From contig JBGANF010000019.1 in the NCBI GenBank assembly GCA_044222475.1, positions 20,673 through 84,672 on the forward strand: DNA of 64,000 nt. The letters are read 5' to 3'. This DNA comes from Polyangiaceae bacterium. Lineage in GTDB: Bacteria; Myxococcota_A; Polyangia; Polyangiales; Polyangiaceae. Of this stretch, positions 19,683 through 28,019 are shown one piece after another; the first letter of the stretch is position 1; every line of letters starts with the position of its first letter. The notes beneath the pieces are model-generated. The model saw only the letters and a program-made list of their open reading frames with translations. It ran no database searches and was not told where the DNA came from. The position numbers and the translations under genes were made by a program.

Positions 19683-22600
19683 TCAGCGCCGGATCGCCTC
19701 TCGGGCGACGCGAAGGTGGATCGTGGCGTCGCCGCGGCGCAGCTCGAGCACGACGTCGTCGGCGAGCGGTCCGTCGAGGCGGGCGCGCGCTTCTTCGATC
19801 GTCACGACCGGCGCGCCGCTGACGCGCGCGACGACGTCTCCGACGCGAACGCCGGCGCGCTCCGCTTCGCTGCCTTCGGCGACGGCGACGACGACGACCT
19901 CCTTCGTGGCGGCGCGATCGCCGAGCGTGACGGCGACGCTCCCCGCGCTCGTCGTCGTGGGCGCGGCGGCGATGGGCTGCAGCACGATCTTCACGTCGGC
20001 GGGGCGGCCGACGCGGAGCTCGACGTCGACGCGACCTCGCCCGACGTCCGGCGCGTACGCTTCGAGGCTGACGAGGCCGGCCGCGGCGCCGACGAGGTGA
20101 AAGCGGCCCTTCGCGCTCGACACCGCCACGCCGGGCGGCGCCGATCCTTGTGACAGGTACACGGGGACGAACCCGACCGCGACGCGGGCGAAGGGGACCG
20201 GGTCGCCACGACCATCGACCACGATGCCGTCGGCGATGGCCTCTTCGGAGAGCTCGAACGTCCCTAGATCGAACGCGTCGTCTCGTTTGGCCATCGCTAC
20301 TACGGGCTTCGCGAGCGGGGCGAACCCGGTGGCGCGGATGCGGAGCTCCGTCGGACCGGGCGCGACGTCCGGGATGACGAAGCGACCGTTCGCGTCGGTC
20401 TGGGCGGTGCGAGGACCGAGGTCGGTCGCGATCGCGACTTGGGCGTTCTCGATCGGTGTACCAATTCGGGACGAGCGGACGAGACCGCTCAGCGTGAGCG
20501 CTCGCTCGAGCTTCACGCGCAGCTCGGCCCTGCCGTCCTCGACGGCGAACGCGCGGGGAGCGTGACCGGGGGCACGAACCTCGATCCGTACGGCGAGCCC
20601 GCGGATGTTGGCGAGCTGCGCGTCGCCGCGATCGTCGGTGAACGCGGTCCCGCGCGCGGGCTGGGCCGCGTCGACCGAGACCGCGGTGACCTGCGCGGTC
20701 GCGATCGCGTACCCGCGGTCGTCGTCGACGTGCACCGTGAGCCCGTCGCGCTCGGACGGGAGCGTGAGCACGACGGACTTTCGCTCGCCCTCGGCGATGT
20801 CGTACGCGGCGCGGAGCGTGGGCACGAGGTCGTCGCCCTCGCGAAACACGCTGAGGACGACCGAATCGGGGACGGCGGCGAACGCGAACGTGCCGTCGCT
20901 GGCGGTCTTGGCCGATCGCTCCTGGATCCCACGCCGGGATGCCATCTCGACCCGCGCGCCGGCCGCCGGCCGCCCGCTCGCGTCGACCACCCGACCTTCG
21001 AGCGTCCCGCCGCCGCGCAGGACGACGTTCACCTCGGCGTCGCCGCCGGGCGCGAGCGTGACGGTCGCGCTGAACGCCTCGACGTACTCCGGATGGCGCA
21101 CGAGGACGCGCACGCGCCCTGGCGTGACGGGAGCGAGCACGAAGCTCCCGTCTCCGCGGGTCACCCACGGCTCCGGCGGGGCGGCGACCGGCGCCCCGCC
21201 AGCGGCGACCGGGAGCGGGACCGGGCCACGCGGGATCGGAGGAACCGGGCCGGGCACGACGCCGAGATCGCCGGCGGGTTGAAGCGGCACCGGGCCCGCG
21301 AGCCGCTGATCGAACTGCGCGGTGCGAAACGCGCGCGTCCGGGGATCGTCGTCGATCGGACCGCCCGCGAAGTCGGTGCCGAGGACCTCGAGCGTCGCGG
21401 ACGAGACCGGGAAGCCGCGCGCGTCGGTGACCACCCCGTGGAGCTTCCCGGCGCGCGGCAGGACGAGCTTCACCGGGCCGTCGAGGGGCTCGGGCACCGG
21501 CTGGGCGGCGCGGCCGAGGTGCCCGTCGGCGAACGCAGTCAACGTCGCGGGGCCGAGCGCCACCGGACCGAGCGATGCACGACCGTCGCGCGCGGTGACG
21601 GCCTCGAGCGGGAACGGCGACACGCCTCCCTCGGCGAGGACGACGCGCGCACCGGCGACCGGGTCGGCGTCGTCGCCGTCGTCGTCGACGACGATCACCG
21701 GCACGTTTCGTCCGGGAGCGAGGCGCAGCAGAACCTCCTTCTCCTCGCCCGCCGCGAGCGGCACCGCGAGCTCGACCTCGGAGACGTTCGACCCGAGGAC
21801 GGCGCGGAGCGCGAACGTGCCGGCGAAGAGGCCCGCGAGCTTGACCCGCCCGGACGGACCGGTGGCTCCTTCGCGAGGGACACCGAGCGCGGTCCCGGCG
21901 ATCTGAACGCGTGCATTCTGCACGGGTTGGTCGTCTTGCCCGATGACGGTGACGACGATCGCGCCGAGGCGGTGGAGAACCATCACGATGGACGCGTCGT
22001 CGCGGACGCCGCGATCGGTCACCTCGTCGTATCCGGGCGCGCTCGCGCGGACGACCCACGGGCCCTTCGGCAGACGACCCACGTGCGCGCGACCGCGCGC
22101 GTCGGTGCGCGCGCCGATCGGGAGCGGATCACCGGTCCGCACCTCGATGGTGGCGCCGGCGATGCCTTCGCCGGACGGGGTGCGCACCTCGACGTCGAAC
22201 GTGTGCTCGGGATCCAGGCGCATCTCGATCGCGCGCGGTCCGGGGACGAGCACCAGCGACGACGAGCCGCGCGCGCGGTGGGGCGCATCGGCGAGGACCC
22301 ACGCCTCGCCCCGCGGCAGGCGCGTGAGGTTCGCCGCTCCGCGATCATCGGTGTGCCCCTCGCCGCCGAGGAAGACCTGCTCGCCGCGGATGACGAGCAC
22401 GCGGACCACGGCGTCGTGGATCGGCCCGTCGTCGTCGGTGACCGTGACGGTCAGGGTCGCGTCGCGCTCCTCGGTCCCTTCGGGCAAGGGCGGCGGGAGC
22501 AGGACGTCGACCCGAGCGACCAGGCGTGCCCCCGGGATCGTCGCGACGACGAAGACGCAAAGCAGCGCCAAGAGGAGCCGCGAAAGCGCCGGAAGCAGGT

Positions 22601-22700
22601 GGATGGCACTACCCATGCTCGGCACGCGGGATCTCTCGCTGGGGAAAGGCGGGGATGGCCGCGTTTCTTCCCGATTCGACGGTCCATCGGGCTTCGCCAC
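19683..22700 (-). CDS. Carboxypeptidase-regulatory-like repeat protein with C-terminal PDZ domain
   Basis: Repeated G.V.D..G.P..GA.V / TD..GRF / APG[YHF] units; C-terminal SEAERAGVRVGDVV PDZ; start may be near 22616. Confidence 0.82.
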   Translation of the reverse strand: MAKPDGPSNREETRPSPPFPSERSRVPSMGSAIHLLPALSRLLLALLCVFVVATIPGARLVARVDVLLPPPLPEGTEERDATLTVTVTDDDGPIHDAVVRVLVIRGEQVFLGGEGHTDDRGAANLTRLPRGEAWVLADAPHRARGSSSLVLVPGPRAIEMRLDPEHTFDVEVRTPSGEGIAGATIEVRTGDPLPIGARTDARGRAHVGRLPKGPWVVRASAPGYDEVTDRGVRDDASIVMVLHRLGAIVVTVIGQDDQPVQNARVQIAGTALGVPREGATGPSGRVKLAGLFAGTFALRAVLGSNVSEVELAVPLAAGEEKEVLLRLAPGRNVPVIVVDDDGDDADPVAGARVVLAEGGVSPFPLEAVTARDGRASLGPVALGPATLTAFADGHLGRAAQPVPEPLDGPVKLVLPRAGKLHGVVTDARGFPVSSATLEVLGTDFAGGPIDDDPRTRAFRTAQFDQRLAGPVPLQPAGDLGVVPGPVPPIPRGPVPLPVAAGGAPVAAPPEPWVTRGDGSFVLAPVTPGRVRVLVRHPEYVEAFSATVTLAPGGDAEVNVVLRGGGTLEGRVVDASGRPAAGARVEMASRRGIQERSAKTASDGTFAFAAVPDSVVLSVFREGDDLVPTLRAAYDIAEGERKSVVLTLPSERDGLTVHVDDDRGYAIATAQVTAVSVDAAQPARGTAFTDDRGDAQLANIRGLAVRIEVRAPGHAPRAFAVEDGRAELRVKLERALTLSGLVRSSRIGTPIENAQVAIATDLGPRTAQTDANGRFVIPDVAPGPTELRIRATGFAPLAKPVVAMAKRDDAFDLGTFELSEEAIADGIVVDGRGDPVPFARVAVGFVPVYLSQGSAPPGVAVSSAKGRFHLVGAAAGLVSLEAYAPDVGRGRVDVELRVGRPADVKIVLQPIAAAPTTTSAGSVAVTLGDRAATKEVVVVAVAEGSEAERAGVRVGDVVARVSGAPVVTIEEARARLDGPLADDVVLELRRGDATIHLRVAREAIRR

Positions 22701-22723
22701 GAACTCCTTGCTAGCATGGGACG

Positions 22724-23857
22724 ATGCGCTTCGCGCCGGCCGCCGCGTGCTCGATCGTCGCGATGCTCATCGCGTGCGGGAGCGAGCGGCCGCCGCCCCT
22801 CGGGGATCCGAAGCTCGCCTACGACTCCGGCGTCGATGCCTCGGTCTTCGACGGCTCGGGACCGCCTCCGACGTGCGACCTCGGCCCCGATTTCGGGGTG
22901 TGCGCCTGCAGCGAGGTGAAGCTCCTGGGCGACGCGCCGAACCTCTATTTCGTCCTCGATCGCTCGGGCAGCATGGCCGAGAACGACAAATGGAAGACGG
23001 TGCGTGTCGTCGTGGTCCAGACGGTGACGCGCTTGGGCCCGCGGGTGAACGTCGGTGCGGCCGTCTACCCGAGTGACGAGAGCTGTGGCCCGGGCAAGGA
23101 GGTCATGTCGACGCGCCCGGGCGACGCCCCCGCCGGCGTGTTCGGTCCGGTGGCGAGCGCGCTCGCCACGTCGACGTCGGTGCCGGAGCTGGGTGGTACG
23201 CCGACGTCGCTCACCCTCGACGCCCTGAGGCCGAAGATCACCAGCCTCGCCGGGAAGACCTTCGTCATCCTCGCGACCGACGGCGCGCCGAACTGCAACG
23301 CGGGCGCCGTGTGTGGCGTCGACGAGTGCCTCTCCAACATCGAAGACCTCTTCGGTTGTCCCAAAGGGGGACAACCGAACTGCTGCGCGAAGAGCGGGCG
23401 CGACGGCCCGGAGTTCTGCCTGGACCGCAGCGCGACGCTGGCGGCGATCGACGCGCTGAAAGCCGCGGGCGTCGAGACTTACGTGGTGGGCGTTCCCGGC
23501 AGCGGCCCCTACGCGTCGCTCCTCGACGAGATGGCGATCCGGGGTGGAACCGCGCGCGGCACGAGCCCGCAGTACTACCGAGTCGATTCGACCGACGCGA
23601 AGGCCTTCGGCGACGCGCTCGCCGCCATCGCCGCGAAGATCACCGCGACCTGCACGTTCCCGCTCGCGAGCGTCCCGGACCCGGCGAAGCTCAACGTCTT
23701 CTTCGACGGCACCGTCCTTCCACAGGACGACACGAACGGCTGGAAGCTCGACGGGACGACCGTCGAGATCGTCGGGGACGCGTGCGACAAGCTGAAGCGC
23801 GGCGAGGTGCTCTCCGTGCGAGTCGTCGCCGGCTGTCCCACCGTGGTACCGAAGTAG
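22724..23857 (+). CDS. VWA-domain Cys-rich lipoprotein (CglB-like)
   Basis: LIAC lipobox, VLDRSGSM MIDAS, GGTPT, LATDGAPNC. Confidence 0.85.
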   Translation: MRFAPAAACSIVAMLIACGSERPPPLGDPKLAYDSGVDASVFDGSGPPPTCDLGPDFGVCACSEVKLLGDAPNLYFVLDRSGSMAENDKWKTVRVVVVQTVTRLGPRVNVGAAVYPSDESCGPGKEVMSTRPGDAPAGVFGPVASALATSTSVPELGGTPTSLTLDALRPKITSLAGKTFVILATDGAPNCNAGAVCGVDECLSNIEDLFGCPKGGQPNCCAKSGRDGPEFCLDRSATLAAIDALKAAGVETYVVGVPGSGPYASLLDEMAIRGGTARGTSPQYYRVDSTDAKAFGDALAAIAAKITATCTFPLASVPDPAKLNVFFDGTVLPQDDTNGWKLDGTTVEIVGDACDKLKRGEVLSVRVVAGCPTVVPK

Positions 23858-24068
23858 CGAACGCCTGACGCTGCGGGCCTTCGAGCAGCGGAAGCGTGAC
23901 GAATGCGGCGGGGCCGCTGCGCCGTTGCTCGAAGCGTGCGACTGACGCGTTTCCGCGACTCCTTCGCCTTCTGGGTGCCAGGCGCCGGCCTCGCCGGTCA
24001 GTCCCCCTGCCGGGACTCGGGCAACGCTCCGACTGGAACTTGCGGGGTCAATCCAACGGGGTACGTCG

Positions 24069-25190
24069 TCAATGCAGCGTGTGCCAGCGCCCGTCGCGAT
24101 GGATCTGCGGCTGGGGCGGAGAGCTCGGACGCATCACCACGACCTCGTCGGGGAGGGCCGTCTCGGCGGCGAGGGCCCGCAGCCGATCTTCCTCGGCCTC
24201 TTCGCGGGCCCAGCGGGCGAGCGTCTCTTTCGCGCGGCGGCGACGCTTGACCCAGGCGACGACGAAGATGACGACGATGAGGCCCCAGAGGAACGCGCTC
24301 CCGGTGACGACCGGCCACAGGCTGAAGCGCTTCGAGAGATCCTCGTGCCACTCGTATTCGAGTCGCCGAAGGTCGGTCCCGTACGCGTCGGCGAGGGAAC
24401 GATCGAACGCCTGACCGTTGCGCACGCGGGCGACGAGCGACTGGAAACGCGCGCGGTCTTCGCCCCGGAGCAGGAAGCGAACGAAATCCGCGGACTGAGC
24501 GTAGGCGATGCTGACTTGGTAGTTCTCGTCGGGGAAGCTCTTGTCGAGATCGTCGAGGGGGATGATCGCGTCCGAGAGAGTCGCATTCCAGAGCGTGGTG
24601 TTGCGCTGCCACGCGAGCTCGCCGGAAGCTTCGACCGCGAGGCCCTCGTTGAACCAGAGCGGGACGTGGTGGCCGGCGAACGCGTCGAAGATGGCGACGT
24701 GGGTCAGCTCGTGGCGGAACGTCTCACCGAGGTCGTCGGCTTCGGCCGTCTTCGGCGCGGTCAACGACAGGAGCACGAGGTGGAGCGGCGAGTACGCGAC
24801 ACCGACCGCGTACGCCGGCGGCGGGTGGCCGATGGGAGCGAGCGCCTCCATGTCGGCCGGGGAGCGCGCGACCCGAACCTCGACGTCGGAGAGGACATCT
24901 TGGCCGAAGCGATCTTCGAGGTACGCCTTGAACGTGTCGGCCTCGGCAACGAGCGGATCGACCTTCTCCTTCACGCTCGTCGGATAGGAGATGCGGAGCC
25001 ACCCGTGCGTCTCGGTCGTCATGTCGGCGGCGAGCGGCGGCAGCTTCACCGTGTGCGGCTCGAGGATGATCGGCGCGTCGTGCGGGACGTTGCCGACCGG
25101 ATCCCCTGCCCGCGCGCGCCCGGCATCCGCCGCCAAGAAGAGGAGCGGCAACAGCACGAGAGAGACGAGCGCACGCCAGAATCGAGTCAT
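24069..25190 (-). CDS. Peptidase MA-family zinc metallohydrolase, membrane anchored
   Basis: FRHELTH followed by PLWFNEGLA; C-terminal TM. Confidence 0.85.
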   Translation of the reverse strand: MTRFWRALVSLVLLPLLFLAADAGRARAGDPVGNVPHDAPIILEPHTVKLPPLAADMTTETHGWLRISYPTSVKEKVDPLVAEADTFKAYLEDRFGQDVLSDVEVRVARSPADMEALAPIGHPPPAYAVGVAYSPLHLVLLSLTAPKTAEADDLGETFRHELTHVAIFDAFAGHHVPLWFNEGLAVEASGELAWQRNTTLWNATLSDAIIPLDDLDKSFPDENYQVSIAYAQSADFVRFLLRGEDRARFQSLVARVRNGQAFDRSLADAYGTDLRRLEYEWHEDLSKRFSLWPVVTGSAFLWGLIVVIFVVAWVKRRRRAKETLARWAREEAEEDRLRALAAETALPDEVVVMRPSSPPQPQIHRDGRWHTLH

Positions 25191-25951
25191 TGCGGCACCT
25201 GCATGCGCATGTGGACCATGTCGCCGCTCCAATCACGGGTGGCGAGGAAGATGCCGCCGCCGAGGAGCGCTGCGCTGCCGATGGCGACCCAGAACCAAGG
25301 GGACTCGTAGAACGACTTCGTCTTGTCTTTCGCCGGAGTGGCCGGAGCGAGCACGAGCGCGGGCGCCTTCGCGACGGCCACTGGAGCGGGAGGCGGCGCG
25401 AGCGTGCGCTCGATCGACGTGACGGCGCCGTCCCACGTGTACGCGCCCTCTTTCCCCTCGGGCTGCCAGCGCGCGGCGTCGAACGTCTTCTTTGCGACGT
25501 CGTAGAGGCGCACTTGCGGCGGCGCGTCCTTCTGAGGGGCGAGGACCAGGATGGCCTTCGTGTGGGTGCGACGGCCGACGTTCCAGAGGATCTCACGGGA
25601 CACGGTGTCTTCGCCTTGGACCGCGTGGCGGAGCTGGCTCAGCTCCTTCACGTTGGCCGGCGCGTCCTCTGCGGGGGCTTCGCCAGCGAGGGCCCGGGCC
25701 TCGGCCTCGGTCAAGGAGCGGGGCCGTAGACCGGCCTTGGCGTAGGCGGCCTGGGCTAGCGGCCAGGCCAGATCGGCCGATCCGTCGCCTTCGGCGACCA
25801 CGGCGACCCCCACCGCGTCCGGATCGGCCGGCTCGTCCGCGCGCGCGAGACGCGGACCCGCGACCAGAGCGCAGGCAAGCGCCGCCAGGGGCACGGAAAT
25901 GGCGAGGCGACGCATGGACCAGGAACTTAACTCGCCGACCGATGGCGTCAA
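25187..25951 (-). CDS. Exported hypothetical protein with C-terminal anchor
   Basis: Signal peptide (ARA-DE), FYESPWFW plus TM; start may be 25915. Confidence 0.65.
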   Translation of the reverse strand: MTPSVGELSSWSMRRLAISVPLAALACALVAGPRLARADEPADPDAVGVAVVAEGDGSADLAWPLAQAAYAKAGLRPRSLTEAEARALAGEAPAEDAPANVKELSQLRHAVQGEDTVSREILWNVGRRTHTKAILVLAPQKDAPPQVRLYDVAKKTFDAARWQPEGKEGAYTWDGAVTSIERTLAPPPAPVAVAKAPALVLAPATPAKDKTKSFYESPWFWVAIGSAALLGGGIFLATRDWSGDMVHMRMQVPQ

Positions 25952-26712
25952 TGTGGGACGAACCTAGCCAGAAGGGGAGCTACCGCCTCCAACGCCGATC
26001 GGACTGGTGATTCGTGCAGGGTCGCGACGGCAAGGGCCGCGAGGATCGCGACGACGAGCGGGGCCCCGGCGACGATCGGCTTCGGGGCGGCTTCGACCTT
26101 GCGGGATGCGATCACGCCGCCGAGGAAGAACGCCGCGCCGTCCACGATGGTCGCGCGCGCACCGGGCGAGAGATCGGGCGCCGCGGCGCGCAGCGCGAGC
26201 ACGATGCCGAAGAGAGGTGCCGCGACCCAGGCGACCGCGAGCGCACGCGCGAGCGTCTCCCGGCGGGCGTCGAGATCGCGGAGGAGCGCCAGAATGCGAC
26301 GCGAGACCAACGCGAGGACGGCGGCGAGGACCGCGATGGCGATCGCGAACGTCACCGCGGCGAGCGCGTGGTGGTGAGTCTTCGCTCGGAGCATCGCGCC
26401 GACGCGATCGGCGAGGAGGCCGGTCCAGGCGAGCCACCCACCGGCCGCGGCGAGGCGCAGGCCGGCGTCATCCGGACCGATGGCGCGCCAGCCGCGCGCC
26501 GCACGTCGTCCGAGGAAGCCGACTGCGCCCAGCGGAAACGCCACCAGCCCAGCAAGAGCAGCCCATGCCTGCGGAAGCGAGACGGTGGACGCGTTGGCGA
26601 GCCGCAGCGCCGCGGGGAGCACGGCGACGAGCGCGGCGGGCACGAGGAGCGCCGATGCGACCCCGGCGCGGGTCGATAGAGGGTCGTGCGGCGGAGGGAG
26701 GCTGATGCTCAT
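25948..26712 (-). CDS. Hypothetical membrane protein
   Basis: Multiple hydrophobic helices; overlaps neighbours. Confidence 0.6.
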   Translation of the reverse strand: MSISLPPPHDPLSTRAGVASALLVPAALVAVLPAALRLANASTVSLPQAWAALAGLVAFPLGAVGFLGRRAARGWRAIGPDDAGLRLAAAGGWLAWTGLLADRVGAMLRAKTHHHALAAVTFAIAIAVLAAVLALVSRRILALLRDLDARRETLARALAVAWVAAPLFGIVLALRAAAPDLSPGARATIVDGAAFFLGGVIASRKVEAAPKPIVAGAPLVVAILAALAVATLHESPVRSALEAVAPLLARFVPH

Positions 26713-27917
26713 CAGAACCGATCGATCGCAGAGAAGCGCGGGAGCCCGAGGAGCGCGTCGGCGTTGGCGAGCGCCGACCCGGCGCCGCGCGCGCCATCGA
26801 TCGCGGCGGCGGCGCTCGGCGCCAGCGAGCCGAACAGCACCGACGGGACGAACGGCGCGTCGATCTCGACCTCGACCGCGGCGACCTCCTCGATCGCGAC
26901 GACGCCGCCGGCGGCCTTGAGGCTCAACGCGCGATCCCCGAGGCGGACTCGCGAACGTGTATCATACAAGTATCCACGGGCGCGCAGCGCCCGGTCGAGA
27001 TCGAGGATGCGGACCATCGGTCCGGTGGTGATCGTGCCGAGCGTGTGCTCGACGCGGGCGGTCCCGTGGCGGCGCCGATCGGGGTCGACGAGCGCGAACG
27101 CGATGGGGTCGTCGACGTCGAGCTCCATCTCCACCTCGGCGACTTGATCGCGTTGGGCGGCGAGAAAGCCGAACAGGACCCTGCGCGCTTCGGCGTCCGC
27201 GGACACCATCTCCTCGACGGCGATGGTCGTTCGCGCGTGCCCTTCGACCTGATCGTAGACGAAGAGCGCGTAGCCGCGCGGCGCGTCGGCAGGGCCGACC
27301 ACGACGACGTGGTTCCGCTCGTCGAGCCATTTCGCGTCCCACAGCGCTCTCGGGCGTCGAATCCAGCCCGTCTTCCCGAGGGCGGCGCGCTCGTACAGCG
27401 ACTCGAGCGCAGCCGTGTCTCCGGCGCGCGGCGCACGGGCGTCGGCGACGCGAAACGCGCGCAGCCACGCATCGGGCACGGACTCGGGAGCGAACGCCCA
27501 CCGCGCGGAGGTCGACACCGGCGCGTAGCCGTGGCGGCCGTAGAAGGCGTGACGGAAGGCGTAGAGCAGCGCGATCGCGGCTCCGCGGGTCACCGCCTCG
27601 CGGTGGAGGTGATCGAGGAGGCCGCTCGCGACGCCGCGTCCACGCGCCTCCGGCGCGACGCCCACGCTCGCGATGGCCGCGGTCGGCACCGGGCGACCGC
27701 CGAAGAAGGCCTCGGTGCGAAAGAGAAACGCGTGACCGACGATCTCGCCGTGATCCAGCGCGAGCCACAAGTCGTCGATCGTGCCGAGCGGGTTCGCGAG
27801 GAAGTTTCGCCGCCGCTCGGGCTCGCGCCGCGGGTCGGGGAACGCGCTGCCGTGGATCGCGATCACGCGATCGAGGTCCTGCTGCGTGGCCGTCCGAAAC
27901 TCGAGGTCGCTGCTCAT
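26712..27917 (-). CDS. Eis-like GNAT acetyltransferase
   Basis: IASVGVAPEARGRGVA, FYGRHGY, C-terminal DRF. Confidence 0.85.
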   Translation of the reverse strand: MSSDLEFRTATQQDLDRVIAIHGSAFPDPRREPERRRNFLANPLGTIDDLWLALDHGEIVGHAFLFRTEAFFGGRPVPTAAIASVGVAPEARGRGVASGLLDHLHREAVTRGAAIALLYAFRHAFYGRHGYAPVSTSARWAFAPESVPDAWLRAFRVADARAPRAGDTAALESLYERAALGKTGWIRRPRALWDAKWLDERNHVVVVGPADAPRGYALFVYDQVEGHARTTIAVEEMVSADAEARRVLFGFLAAQRDQVAEVEMELDVDDPIAFALVDPDRRRHGTARVEHTLGTITTGPMVRILDLDRALRARGYLYDTRSRVRLGDRALSLKAAGGVVAIEEVAAVEVEIDAPFVPSVLFGSLAPSAAAAIDGARGAGSALANADALLGLPRFSAIDRF

Positions 27918-28019
27918 GAAAGGGGATGACGTGGGTGTTTTCCCGCGGGTGCTGGCAGGGTAGTCTTCTTTTTCGGCGCAAATTGGAGTTTTTGGCCGCG
28001 CCCGTGTTAGCGGAGAAGC

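Noticed and set aside
23400..23425. GPEFCL in the VWA lipoprotein resembling the precursor core motif
   Set aside because: Single occurrence inside a folded Cys-rich domain, with no conserved leader.
23858..24068. Intergenic gap possibly holding an ncRNA or small ORF
   Set aside because: No recognisable tmRNA, 6S, SRP or riboswitch features; needs an Rfam search.
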